Assembly: GCA_963817875.1 (NCBI GenBank) | Contig: CAWFPQ010000009.1 | Location: forward strand, 55,442-119,441 | Origin: an uncultured Acidimicrobiaceae bacterium | GTDB lineage: Bacteria; Actinomycetota; Acidimicrobiia; Acidimicrobiales; RAAP-2 | Direction of reading: 5' to 3' | Length of the DNA: 64,000 nucleotides | Shown: piece by piece, positions 18,011 to 27,375 of the stretch | Layout: every line of letters begins with the position of its first letter | Position numbering within the stretch: the stretch's first letter is position 1 | The notes under the pieces: model-generated | The model's input: only the letters and a program-made list of their open reading frames with translations | What the model was told of the DNA's origin: nothing | Databases searched by the model: none | Made by a program: the position numbers and the translations under genes

Positions 18011-21000
18011 TCACCCCCGGTCGGGGACCCGCAAGCCCCGACGGGTGGCCTCGGCCGCCAGTTCGGCGCGGCTGGTCACGCCGAGCTTGGTGAAGACGTG
18101 CGCGAGATGCGTCTTCACGGTCGCCCGGCCGATGAAGAGCCGTGCTCCGATCTCGGGGTTGTTCAACCCCGTGGCGGTGAGCTTCACGACCTCGACTTCG
18201 GTGGGCGTGAGGCTGGCCCAACCCGAGGAGGGGCGCTTCCGCTCGCCCCGGGCTCGCGAGGCGTAGGCCACCGCCTCGTCGGTCGTGAGGGATTCGCCCG
18301 CTGACCAGGCGGCCCCGAAGGTCTCGCCGTCGAGATCTCGGCGCGCCCGAGCGACGTCCTCTTCGTAGCCCGCCTGGTCGACCGGTCGGCGGACGAGTCC
18401 GATGGAGGCCCGGATGGAGGAGGCAGCACCGAAGAGGCGGACGGCTTCCGATGTGCTTTCCGCGTCTACCGCGCTCCCTGCGAGGGCCTCGAGGGACTCG
18501 GCGATGTCGGGCAGCAAGCGGTCGCGGTGGAAGACGGCCAGGGCCCGATGGTGCAGTTCCTCTGCTTCGACCGGCTCACCCTGTCCACGGGCCAGGCGCC
18601 CGAGACGCGAGTCGACCTGGGCGGCGAGTTTCGCGTTGCCGATTCCCGACGCCGCCTCCCCGGCCTTGTCGTACTCGGTGCGGGCGCCGGGCTCGTCGCC
18701 CGAGGCGAGCAGGAGGTCGCCGTGGACGGCCAGGAACGGGACTCGGATCATCGGGACTTCGCTCTCGAAGTCGGTCAGCGCAGGCAGGATTATCGCCGAC
18801 GCGCCAGCGGCGTCGCCCTGCCCCAACAGGAGCGCGCCCAGGTCGGGGATGGCCCAGTGGCGGGCCGTGTCACCCTCGGCTGCCACCCCCTTGTGCAGGA
18901 CGTGCTGGAAGCGGGCTTCGGCGCTCGCATAGTCGCCGAGGGAGGCGTCGAGCTCCCCGAGCCAGCAGAGGGCGAGCCACCGGGTGATCGGGTCGCCGAC
19001 TTCGTCGCAGAGGGCGATCGACCGATCCAGCCGGTCGCGGGCCGCTGGGTAATCGCCTCGATGCAGGGCGCCGTATCCGATAACGGCTTGCGACCACGCC
19101 ATGAAGAACGTGTTGCCCAACCGTTCGGCCACCTGGGCCAACTCCTGGGCGACGGCCAGCCCGCGGTCGTCGTCGCCCCGTGCCGCCCAGGTGATCGTCA
19201 TCATCTTGAGCCCATCGGCGACGGCCCACTGGTCCCCGATGGACCGGGCCAATTCGATGCTCTCGGTCAGCCCCGCAATGCCTTCCTCTGGCGCGAAGAG
19301 GGACCGGAAGTAGTTGGTCGTGATCCCGGCGCGGGCGACGGTCCGCTGATCGCCGACTGCCTCCGCCACGGCGAGCGCCTGAGGAGCCCACGTGATGGTG
19401 GCGAGTGTGTCGCCGCCATAGATCCCCATGTGGGCGGCGGCCCAGAGCGCTCTCGCCCGAGCCACCGACGGCCCGTGGTCGACCGCCAGGGCCCGGGCGA
19501 ACCAGCGCCCGCCGATGCCTTGATGTCGATGTCCCCGGGCCTCCCAGAAAAGGCTCAGGGCGGTGGCCAGGCGAAGAACGGTCTCGTGGTGGCCGGTGAT
19601 CTCGGCCCACTCGAGCGCTGACTGCAGGTTGTCGTGCTCCGCATCGAGGCGGTCCATCCACGACGGTCCGGCGGCCGAACCCAGTTCGGGCTCGGCGCGC
19701 TCCGCGTACGTCAGGAACCACTCGAGATGACGATGGCGGACCGGGTCGGTCTCGCCCGAATCGAGCAGTCGGTCCCGAGCGTAGAGACGGATCGTCTCCA
19801 GGAGGCGGTAGCGAGGCTCTGGCCCCAGGTCGTCGGCCAGCACGAGAGACTTGTCCACCAATCGGCTCAGGAGGTCGAGCACCGCATAGCTGTCGATGAC
19901 GCCATCGGCGCACACCGCTTCGGCCGCCTCCAAGCTGAACCCGCCGTTGAAAACCGACAACCGTCGGAGGAGCGAGCGTTCGGCCTCGTCGAGAAGGTCG
20001 TGACTCCAGGCGACGGAGGCCTCCAGGGTCTGCTGGCGCGCCTGCGCGTTCCGCCCGCCGCCGGTGAGGAGACGGAACCTGTCCTCCAGGGCATCTGCGA
20101 TCGCGGCGGGCGACATCATGCGGGTGCGGGCCGCCGCCAGCTCAATGGCGAGGGCCAGCCCGTCGAGTCGCTCACAGATCCGGGAGAGGACCTCCGTCTC
20201 GGCGTCGTCGGGCACGAAGCCGGGACGGACCAGCGCCGCCCTCTCGGTGAACAGTTGTACGCCCGTCGGGAGATCCAGAGAAGGCACCCGCCACGCCACT
20301 TCGCCGGTGATGCCCAGCGGCTCGCGGCTCGTCGCCAGCACCGACAAGTCGGCGACGGAAGACAACAGCTCTTCGGCCAGACGGGCGGAAGATGCCAGGA
20401 CCTGCTCGCAATTGTCGAGCACGAGCAACGCCTCTTGACCCGCCAGATACCCGGCCACCGTCTCGACGAGGGGCCGCTCTGGCTCGGCGCGCACACCCAT
20501 CGCATTGGCGACGGTGGCCGTGACCAGCTCGGGGTCGGACACACCGGCGAGGCCGACCCACCACGTACCTCCCGGGTGCCGATCAGCGACCTCGGCCGCC
20601 AGTTGGAGCGCGAGGCGGGTCTTGCCGCAACCGCCCGCGCCGCTCAGCGTGATCAGGCGATGTCGCGCCAGCAGGTCTCGCAGCTCCGCCATCTCCGTGT
20701 CGCGGCCGACGAACGCGGTCAACTGGGCGGGCAGGTTGTTCGGCACGGCATCGAGCGACCGCAATGCCGGGAATTCGACCTCGAGATCGGGGTGACACAG
20801 TTGCCACACCCGTTCTGGCCGGCCGAGGTCCTTCAGGCGTTGCGGTCCCAGGTTGCGCAATGACACGTCCTCGGCAAGTCCATCGACCACCAGATCGCGA
20901 ACCGCGTCGGACAGCAACGTCTGGCCGCCGTGCGCAATGGCCCGCAGGCGAGCACAGCGGATGATCGCCGGACCGCAGTAGTTGCCTTCGTCCCGGAGCC

Positions 21001-21439
21001 GGGCTTCGCCGCTGTGCAGGGCGATGCGCACACGCACGGCGCGGTCGGTCGGCCAGATCTCCTCTGCGAAGGCGCGCTGGACATCGACCGCTGCGGCCAC
21101 GGCGTCGGACGCCAACGCGAATGCGGCCACCACACTGTCGCCCTCACCCTGCTCGACCGGCCGCGCTCCTCGGTGGTCCGCGATGACGGTGTCGAACAGC
21201 TCGTAATGGCGGGCGATCGCGGCCGCGGCCGCCTCCTCATCGGCCTCCCAGAGTCGGGTCGACCCCTCGACGTCGCTCAGCAGGAGGGTCACCGTGCCCG
21301 TCGGCAGGGGCGGCTCCCGCCGGTCCTCTTCATGACCTCGCACCAGTTCACGTCCCGATTCGGTTGTCTCTGTGGAAGATGCTGTCATACCCATGGGGCC
21401 GATCATCGGCGAGAAGCGATCCGACAACATCGGCCACAT
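18011..21439 (-). CDS. Large LuxR-family regulator: N-terminal adenylate/guanylate-cyclase-like domain, STAND/AAA ATPase, TPR region, C-terminal LuxR HTH
   Basis: - Cyclase-like domain: VTLLLSDVEGSTRLWE...GDSVVAAF...VRIALHSGEA
- P-loop: LSGAGGCGKTRLA
- Helical repeats: a long run of them
- C-terminal HTH: LTPTEVEVVKLTATGLNNPEIGARLFIGRATVKTHLAHVFTKLGV. Confidence 0.9.
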   Translation of the reverse strand: MWPMLSDRFSPMIGPMGMTASSTETTESGRELVRGHEEDRREPPLPTGTVTLLLSDVEGSTRLWEADEEAAAAAIARHYELFDTVIADHRGARPVEQGEGDSVVAAFALASDAVAAAVDVQRAFAEEIWPTDRAVRVRIALHSGEARLRDEGNYCGPAIIRCARLRAIAHGGQTLLSDAVRDLVVDGLAEDVSLRNLGPQRLKDLGRPERVWQLCHPDLEVEFPALRSLDAVPNNLPAQLTAFVGRDTEMAELRDLLARHRLITLSGAGGCGKTRLALQLAAEVADRHPGGTWWVGLAGVSDPELVTATVANAMGVRAEPERPLVETVAGYLAGQEALLVLDNCEQVLASSARLAEELLSSVADLSVLATSREPLGITGEVAWRVPSLDLPTGVQLFTERAALVRPGFVPDDAETEVLSRICERLDGLALAIELAAARTRMMSPAAIADALEDRFRLLTGGGRNAQARQQTLEASVAWSHDLLDEAERSLLRRLSVFNGGFSLEAAEAVCADGVIDSYAVLDLLSRLVDKSLVLADDLGPEPRYRLLETIRLYARDRLLDSGETDPVRHRHLEWFLTYAERAEPELGSAAGPSWMDRLDAEHDNLQSALEWAEITGHHETVLRLATALSLFWEARGHRHQGIGGRWFARALAVDHGPSVARARALWAAAHMGIYGGDTLATITWAPQALAVAEAVGDQRTVARAGITTNYFRSLFAPEEGIAGLTESIELARSIGDQWAVADGLKMMTITWAARGDDDRGLAVAQELAQVAERLGNTFFMAWSQAVIGYGALHRGDYPAARDRLDRSIALCDEVGDPITRWLALCWLGELDASLGDYASAEARFQHVLHKGVAAEGDTARHWAIPDLGALLLGQGDAAGASAIILPALTDFESEVPMIRVPFLAVHGDLLLASGDEPGARTEYDKAGEAASGIGNAKLAAQVDSRLGRLARGQGEPVEAEELHHRALAVFHRDRLLPDIAESLEALAGSAVDAESTSEAVRLFGAASSIRASIGLVRRPVDQAGYEEDVARARRDLDGETFGAAWSAGESLTTDEAVAYASRARGERKRPSSGWASLTPTEVEVVKLTATGLNNPEIGARLFIGRATVKTHLAHVFTKLGVTSRAELAAEATRRGLRVPDRG

Positions 21440-21905
21440 GGCGGATATCGGCCGGCGATGCGCTCACGAAGGTGCGTTCCTGCGACTCGGTCTCTCCGCG
21501 GGAACCGACACTCAATCACCGGATGTCGCCCAGGTGGGGGATATCCCATGTCGTCGATCTTCGGCGGACCGTTTCGACGAAACAGTAGGGGTGTGACCGA
21601 CCTGCTCAGTTCTCACACAGGCGTGGTGATCGTCGACGAGGCTCTCAGATCGGCTGAGAGCGTTTGCCGGACACCGGCTGGAGTCCGGTCCTGCGAAACG
21701 ACGTGCCGGGTAGGAGCGTCCATGGCGAAATCGAGCCGGAGTTACCGTGTGCCCGCGCGACGAGGGTGGACGAAGCAGCTCCGACTCCAGGTCGGCGATC
21801 GATGCTGCGAGCGGCAGAGGGCGAGGCCGAATTCGTCAAGTCGCGTCATTGAGAGTCGGAGCGGGCAGCTGGTCACGGGTTGGGCGCGGGTGGGCGGTGA
21901 GCCCT

Positions 21906-22487
21906 CTACGGCATTGAGGTCGAGGTGTCGGCGCTCGAGGCTCGGACCATGTCGGCGACGATCTGTTCGGCTTCATCCCGCTCGACGCCCATGTCCACGC
22001 GCATGAGCTTCCAAACAAGGACGTCGGTAGCCGCAACGATACCGACCAGGCGCCGTTCTCTCCTTCGTCCTCTCAACCCATGCAGGAATGGTTCGAAAGT
22101 CCTTTCGGCCCACTTCCGGTGATAGTCGCGACCTACGTCCATCAGATGTCGAACGGCCGGCAATCGATCCTCTTGGGACAACATCCGGAGGATGGCGAGA
22201 CCATGTGCTTCATAATGTGCGAAGAGAATGGTGACTGCCTCGGGAACGCTCTCACCTTGAGCAGCGTCGCGGGCTGCGATCTCCTTCGTACCCCACCATC
22301 GATATGCCTCGGTCAGCAGATCGTCCTTGCTACCGAATCGCAGGTGCAGGGTTTGGACCGTGACTCCGGCATCACCGGCGATGTCTTGCAGACGCACCTC
22401 TTCGTACGGCCGGGAACCGAAGTGCTCCCAGGCCGCCGCGAGCAGACGTTCGCCGGTTGCCGCGGCTGCGTCGGCCCGTGTGGTCAT
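21906..22487 (-). CDS. TetR family transcriptional regulator
   Basis: HTH region RLLAAAWEHFGSRPYEEVRLQDIAGDAGVTVQTLHLRFGSKDDLL. The start is set at MTTRADAAA (22487). The track start at 22547 would run into the AT-rich promoter region. Confidence 0.85.
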   Translation of the reverse strand: MTTRADAAAATGERLLAAAWEHFGSRPYEEVRLQDIAGDAGVTVQTLHLRFGSKDDLLTEAYRWWGTKEIAARDAAQGESVPEAVTILFAHYEAHGLAILRMLSQEDRLPAVRHLMDVGRDYHRKWAERTFEPFLHGLRGRRRERRLVGIVAATDVLVWKLMRVDMGVERDEAEQIVADMVRASSADTSTSMP

Positions 22488-22540
22488 TCGATAGGAGCGC
22501 TTTTGAGGTTTGTTGGTCGGCAATGGTCCGGAAGATCCTC

Positions 22541-22570
22541 TTGACATTTTGACTTGATTATAACTAAAGT
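22541..22570 (+). promoter_or_regulatory. Candidate promoter for the GT1 gene (TTGACA-18 nt-TAAAGT) with an imperfect inverted repeat; would give a leaderless or near-leaderless mRNA
   Basis: The only AT-rich stretch in this region, lying between divergent TetR and GT1 genes. The -10-like hexamer ends 9 nt before the ATG at 22580. ACTTGATTATAACTAAAGT is an imperfect palindrome (6 of 9 pairs). Confidence 0.3.
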
Positions 22571-22579
22571 GAATATCTG

Positions 22580-23863
22580 ATGCGAGTGTTTCAATCCCTT
22601 CTTGCTTTCAGCGGGAATGCTCCGCCTCAGCTGGCCGTGACCCGCTCCCTGGTCGAGCGGGGTCATGAGGTCCGCGTCTGGGCCCACCGGGCAGGCCGGG
22701 AGCGAGTGGAGCGAACGGGCGCAACGGTGATCGAAGTCGAAGGATCAACCGCCGAACTCGATCTGACTCGGCCAGAGACCGATTCGGTGCGAGACTGGGC
22801 GGCCAAGACACCTTTGGGAGCCGCGGTTCGGTTACGGGATGGGGCAATGATCGAGCCACTTCCGGAAGCCGCTCAGCAGTGCGCCGCAATCCTGGGCGCG
22901 TGGCCGGCCGATGTGGTGGTGTTCGACTGGCTCTTTCTCGGCCCGGCCGTCGCCGCAGAGAGTGCCGGCATCCCCGCTGCGGCGCTTGTCCACTGTCCCT
23001 ATCCATTGTCCATCGCCGGCGCACCGCCGTTGTTCAGCGGCATGAAGCCGATGACCGGTGTCGTAGGTTCCCTACGCGATCGGGCCGTCAAAGGCTTCTT
23101 CGGGCGGTTCTCAGCCGCAGGGCTGCCACAGCTCAACCAGGTCCGGGTCGAACGTGGACTCGCGCCGCTGAACGCCTGGGAGGAACAATTGCGTTCCGTG
23201 GCCGCCATCTACGTTTTGACTGCGCCTGAACTCGACTTTGCCGGCGCCCTGTCGTTGCCGGCGAACGTGCACTACGTCGGCCCGGCTTTCGAACATTACG
23301 GCGACGAATGGCACTCTCCCTGGCCGCCGGAGAACATCGATCCATTGATTCTGGTGAGCTTTTCGACCAGTTACATGAATCAGAACGCCTTGGTCCAGCG
23401 CGTTCTCGACGCGGTCGACGGGCTGAAGGCCAGGGTCCTCTTCACTGCCGGTCCCGCCATTGACGTCGCGCAACTTCGCCTTCCTGCGAATACAAAAGCG
23501 GAACAATTTGTGCCACACCGGGCCGTCCTGCCCAAGGCCTCACTTGTCGTCACCCACGCCGGCTGGCAGACCGTCAACGCGGCGCTCTCGTGTGGCGTAC
23601 CGCTTGTCTGTATCCCCGATGGTCGCGATCAGCCGGATAACGCCGTTCGAGTGGTCGCCGTCGGTGCTGGTGTTCGTGTCAGTAAGAAGGCGCCAATTCG
23701 CAAGATGAGGCGAGTCATCGAGCACGCGCTCGGGGACTCGAGCCTGAAACGCGGTGCAGAGCAGATGGCAACAGCACTCGGCCGCCAGGATGGAACGCTC
23801 ACGACCGTCGAGGCACTCGAGAATCTGGTGAAGGCGAACGGTATGCCCGCGTCATCGCGTTGA
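22580..23863 (+). CDS. GT1 family glycosyltransferase (MGT/UDP-glycosyltransferase type)
   Basis: N-terminus typical of the family (F..L.FSGNAPPQLAVTRSLVERGHEV) and a C-terminal donor-binding region (VTHAGWQTVNAALSCGVPLVCIPDGRDQPDNA). Confidence 0.9.
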   Translation: MRVFQSLLAFSGNAPPQLAVTRSLVERGHEVRVWAHRAGRERVERTGATVIEVEGSTAELDLTRPETDSVRDWAAKTPLGAAVRLRDGAMIEPLPEAAQQCAAILGAWPADVVVFDWLFLGPAVAAESAGIPAAALVHCPYPLSIAGAPPLFSGMKPMTGVVGSLRDRAVKGFFGRFSAAGLPQLNQVRVERGLAPLNAWEEQLRSVAAIYVLTAPELDFAGALSLPANVHYVGPAFEHYGDEWHSPWPPENIDPLILVSFSTSYMNQNALVQRVLDAVDGLKARVLFTAGPAIDVAQLRLPANTKAEQFVPHRAVLPKASLVVTHAGWQTVNAALSCGVPLVCIPDGRDQPDNAVRVVAVGAGVRVSKKAPIRKMRRVIEHALGDSSLKRGAEQMATALGRQDGTLTTVEALENLVKANGMPASSR

Positions 23864-24051
23864 CCATGACGTCAGAGCGCAACACCTTCTGAGGCTTCAG
23901 CTCCGCCCGTCGGAGCGGGATGTAGTACCCCGGAGTGACCCGAAGCGAGAAGACCACTCCGAGGAGGGACGACGACGTTCGGTCCGTTCTTCAGTGTTCA
24001 TCTGGTCGCTCCAGGGGGAGCGGGGAGTGTTCAAGCAGAGAAGGGAAACTC

Positions 24052-24918
24052 ATGACCACGACCAAGAAGTACGGGGACGCTGGAGCGGATCGGGCGTCAC
24101 CCTTCACGGAGAGTGGGAATAGGACGGGTACAACACGAGGTAGGAGGCTCCGCATGATGAGGCGTCGCAACATGCATATCTCCTGGCGGCATGGCGGGGG
24201 ACCGACCGCTCTCCTCGCAGGGATGGCCTCACTCGCAGTGGCGACGTTTGGCTTCGCGTCAGCTGCCGGCGCGGCCGGAAACGCACTAGACCTGCAGAAG
24301 CCGTCAGTTATCGAAAGTGCCAGCTCGTCGGGCTATCTCGCCGGCTACCAGGCCACCCCAACCGGTGGGCTGGCGAGCGCCAGTGTCACCTTCACCGTGC
24401 CCACTGTCTCGTGCACGGCAACGGACAAAGCCAACGGCGCGATTGAGTGGACCGGGGTCTACACGAACACGCTCCAGACCCAGGCTTTCGTCGACGGCTT
24501 TTGCGAGTCAAGCGGCCCGATCTACTCCTACGTTCTCGCGACGGAGGCGGGTAGCTTCGTCCAGCCCGGTGCGGCGGCGGGCGACGTCGTCGTCGCCTCG
24601 TTGTTCCAGTCGGGCACCTCGACCCGGGCCGAAATCCATGACTTGACCAACGGCCAATACTGGTTTGACGACAACACCGTCAACCAAGGCGACACCATCG
24701 TCGACATTGGTACCTTGACCGAGGCTCCCGAGGTCCCGGTTCCAACTTTTACGAAGCTCAAGTTCACGAACGCCACCGTCAACGGGGACTACCTGGGCTT
24801 CGATAGCCCGACCGAGTTCAACACGTTGAACGGGGGCGACCTCCTCATCAAGGCCAGCGCCTTGACGACGAGCCCAACCGGCTCGAGCTTCACGGACACG
24901 TTCAAGCACGCCTCGTAA
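24052..24918 (+). CDS. Secreted protein with peptidase G1 (eqolisin/Peptidase_A4)-like beta-sandwich layout
   Basis: ATG at 24052 follows a GAAGGGA RBS. A hydrophobic signal-like segment is present (LLAGMASLAVATFGFASAAGAAG). The pattern SVTFTVPTVSC...IEWTGVY...GDVVVASLF...AEIHDLTNGQ...FTKLKFTNATVNG parallels G1 peptidases. I cannot find the Glu-containing AEWIVE-type motif. Confidence 0.5.
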   Translation: MTTTKKYGDAGADRASPFTESGNRTGTTRGRRLRMMRRRNMHISWRHGGGPTALLAGMASLAVATFGFASAAGAAGNALDLQKPSVIESASSSGYLAGYQATPTGGLASASVTFTVPTVSCTATDKANGAIEWTGVYTNTLQTQAFVDGFCESSGPIYSYVLATEAGSFVQPGAAAGDVVVASLFQSGTSTRAEIHDLTNGQYWFDDNTVNQGDTIVDIGTLTEAPEVPVPTFTKLKFTNATVNGDYLGFDSPTEFNTLNGGDLLIKASALTTSPTGSSFTDTFKHAS

Positions 24919-25263
24919 CCGAGCCTCGGAGTGGCAAAAGCGGTTGCCCCTGGAGTACCGACCCTCACACGCGGATATCCCCCAGGTGGTTGATGTTCTG
25001 CTGCCAGTTTCGACAAACAGTAGGGATGTGTCAGAGCTGTTCGAGTAGGAGAGACGAATGGACACTGAGTGGCCGATCCCCTCAGTTCTACCCAGCCCGT
25101 CGGGACCACACGTCGTACTCCAGAGTGACCCGACAGAGGAAGACCACTCCAAAGAGGGACGACGGCGCCCGGTCGAATCTTCATTGTTGATTTGGTCGGT
25201 GCAGGGGGTGGTGGCGCAATCAAGCAAAGAAGAAGAAACCCCGTACGACGAAAGGAAAACTCC

Positions 25264-26460
25264 ATGACCACCCAGAACCACCAAGACACAGAAGCGGATC
25301 GGGCGTCACCCGGTGCGACGACAGGAAAGAAGCCCATGCCCACCAGACGGCCCGTCAGACGGTACGCCCTGTCGTTTGCGACTCTGGCCCTGGCCGCGAG
25401 TGTCGTCCCGCTCTTTTCGACGGCAGCGTCGGCGGCCCCAGAACCGATCAGCCCCCAATCGACGGCTCCGGTCGTCTCCTCTGGGGACGGACTGGCCACC
25501 ACCGTCGTCGACGCCAACCACGACGTTCTGCTCTTCACGCAGGCCACCGGCGTGAGCACCTGGGCCGAGGAGACGATCGCCACCGCTTCCCGCGCGCACA
25601 CGTACTTCGACCCCGAGATCGCTTCTGACGGCGCGGGCGACCTGGTGATCGTGGCCACAGACGCCGACGGCCACGTGTGGTCTTGGAGCGGCAGCGTCGG
25701 ATCCAAGTTCCACCGTACGTTGGTCTCGGCGACGAGCGCGTATTCGACCCCGTCGGTTGCCTACTCGCCCGCCGGCGAGAACTACGTCGTCACCGCCACC
25801 GATTCAAGTCACAACGTCGACTTTTGGTACCAGAGCGGGGGTACCTGGGCGGCCGAGCTGGTCGTATCGGGCCAGCGCGTGCCCTTCATCGACTCGGTGG
25901 TCACGGTGACCGACACCGGAGTCGTCGTCACCGCCACTGACGACAACTCGCAGCTCGACCTCTTCTACCAGCCCTTCTTTGCCTCGGGCTGGACCCTCAC
26001 CTCCGAGTCCCCCGGCGGTTACGTCGACCCGTCGGCGGTGTGGTCCGGGACTGACGTGTTCGTGGCGGTCGATCAGGCGGGAGTGCAATCCGGAGACCAG
26101 TCGCTCCACGTGCTCAGCTATTCCGACAAGGGCGTGTTCGTCTCGAACACCCTTCTCGGCGAGTCGACCGGAACGGGGGAGTTGACCGGCTCCGCCATCG
26201 TCTGGTCCGGCTTCAACGTCGGGGTGGTCTCCGAAGACGCCGGTGCCGGTGAGCTCAACTTCTTCTATTCGGACTCGAGCTTCGTGTTCCACTTCGAGCA
26301 GGTGGCGCTGAACACCGCGAAGCGCGGTTACGGCTTCTTCCCGGGGATCGCGGTGACCAACGACAGCATCGAGATCACCGACGTCTCCAACTCCGACCTC
26401 TTCGGGTTCTCCCAAGCGATCGGGGCGAGCGGGTGGCCCCACCAGGTCATCGCCAAGTAG
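25264..26460 (+). CDS. Secreted repeat protein (propeller-like, VVTATD...L.F.YQ repeats)
   Basis: ATG at 25264 follows a GGAAAA/AAAGGA RBS region. A signal-like segment is present (RRYALSFATLALAASVVPLFSTAASAAP). Repeated strands follow: LVIVATDADGHVWSW, YVVTATDSSHNVDFWY, VVVTATDDNSQLDLFY, VGVVSEDAGAGELNFFY. Confidence 0.65.
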   Translation: MTTQNHQDTEADRASPGATTGKKPMPTRRPVRRYALSFATLALAASVVPLFSTAASAAPEPISPQSTAPVVSSGDGLATTVVDANHDVLLFTQATGVSTWAEETIATASRAHTYFDPEIASDGAGDLVIVATDADGHVWSWSGSVGSKFHRTLVSATSAYSTPSVAYSPAGENYVVTATDSSHNVDFWYQSGGTWAAELVVSGQRVPFIDSVVTVTDTGVVVTATDDNSQLDLFYQPFFASGWTLTSESPGGYVDPSAVWSGTDVFVAVDQAGVQSGDQSLHVLSYSDKGVFVSNTLLGESTGTGELTGSAIVWSGFNVGVVSEDAGAGELNFFYSDSSFVFHFEQVALNTAKRGYGFFPGIAVTNDSIEITDVSNSDLFGFSQAIGASGWPHQVIAK

Positions 26461-26625
26461 GCGCTGCCGTTCCAGGGTCCATTCGCCACCCCTGGGGCTT
26501 GGGCATGCCGGATCAGGCGCAGTCGAGGGCCGGTGCGCAAGCGCCGGCCCTCGACTTTGTACATCTTCGGCGGGTTCGCGACTCGGACTCGCGCCATGAA
26601 CTCCCGGGGACGGCCCGAGCAGGTC

Positions 26626-27375
26626 TCAATATCCGGACATCCCGACCATCGGCTTGTTGAGGCGCTGCCCGCCCATCGAGCCCTCGAAGGGCGCGTCGCC
26701 GTAGGAGAAGACCCCGCCGTCGGACGCGACGAACCAGTAGCCCTGGCCGTCGTCCGTGGACCGCATGGCCACCACCGGAGCGTTCAGGCGGATGTTCCCG
26801 GTGGAACCGTAGAAGGGCGCATCGAACGAGAACACGCCGCCGTCTCCCCCGATCAACCAGTACCCGCCTGTCACCGGGTCCGGAGTGATCCCCACGATCG
26901 GTGCGTTGAGGTGCAGCGCGCTCGGTGTCGCCTTGGAAGACGGCGTCGCCGTAGGCGAAGACGCGGCCGGTGGTGCTCACCAGCCAGTAGCCGCCGCCGT
27001 CGGGCGAGGGCGCCATGCCGACGATGTCCTGGCCGGGAACGGAGGCGGCAGAGCCGTAGAACCCGGCGTCGCCGAAGCAGAAGATCCCGCCGTCGGAGGC
27101 GACGAGCCAGTAGCCGCGGCCGTCGGGCGTCGCCGCCATGCCGACGACCGGCCTGTTGAGGTGGATGTTCCCGGTCGAGCCGTAGAACCCGGCTTGGCCG
27201 AAGCTGAAGATCCCGCCGTCGGAGGCGACCAACCAGTATCCGCCGCGCCCCGGCGCCTGGGCCATGCCGACAACCGGCCTGTTCAGCGCGATGTTGCCGG
27301 TGCTCCCGCAGAAGGGCTGCCCGAAGCTGAAGATGCCCCCATCGGCGGCAACCGTGAGGTAGCCGGCGTCGGCGG
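26626..27375 (-). repeat. Six tandem ~40-aa coding repeats (GYW.V.SDGG.F.FG.A.F.GS......N.P.VGM)
   Basis: Read from the translation: [102 protein letters not shown]. Confidence 0.8.

Noticed and set aside
21640-21660. Perfect palindrome GCTCTCAG-atcg-CTGAGAGC in the 460-nt spacer between the LuxR-type regulator and the TetR gene
   Set aside because: It is real as a sequence feature, but isolated. It has no T-tract, no adjacent promoter-like hexamers and no second copy, so I cannot assign a function. I note it only as a possible terminator or operator.
23906-24051. Identification of the duplicated leader as a c-di-AMP (ydaO-type), ZTP or other known actinobacterial riboswitch
   Set aside because: I could not find the conserved core strings of those motifs as I remember them (ACGGGGAGCC / GGGGUGAAUC pseudo-symmetric halves for ydaO, GGGUCGUGAC...CCGCCUGGGCA for ZTP). 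The element is therefore left unassigned.
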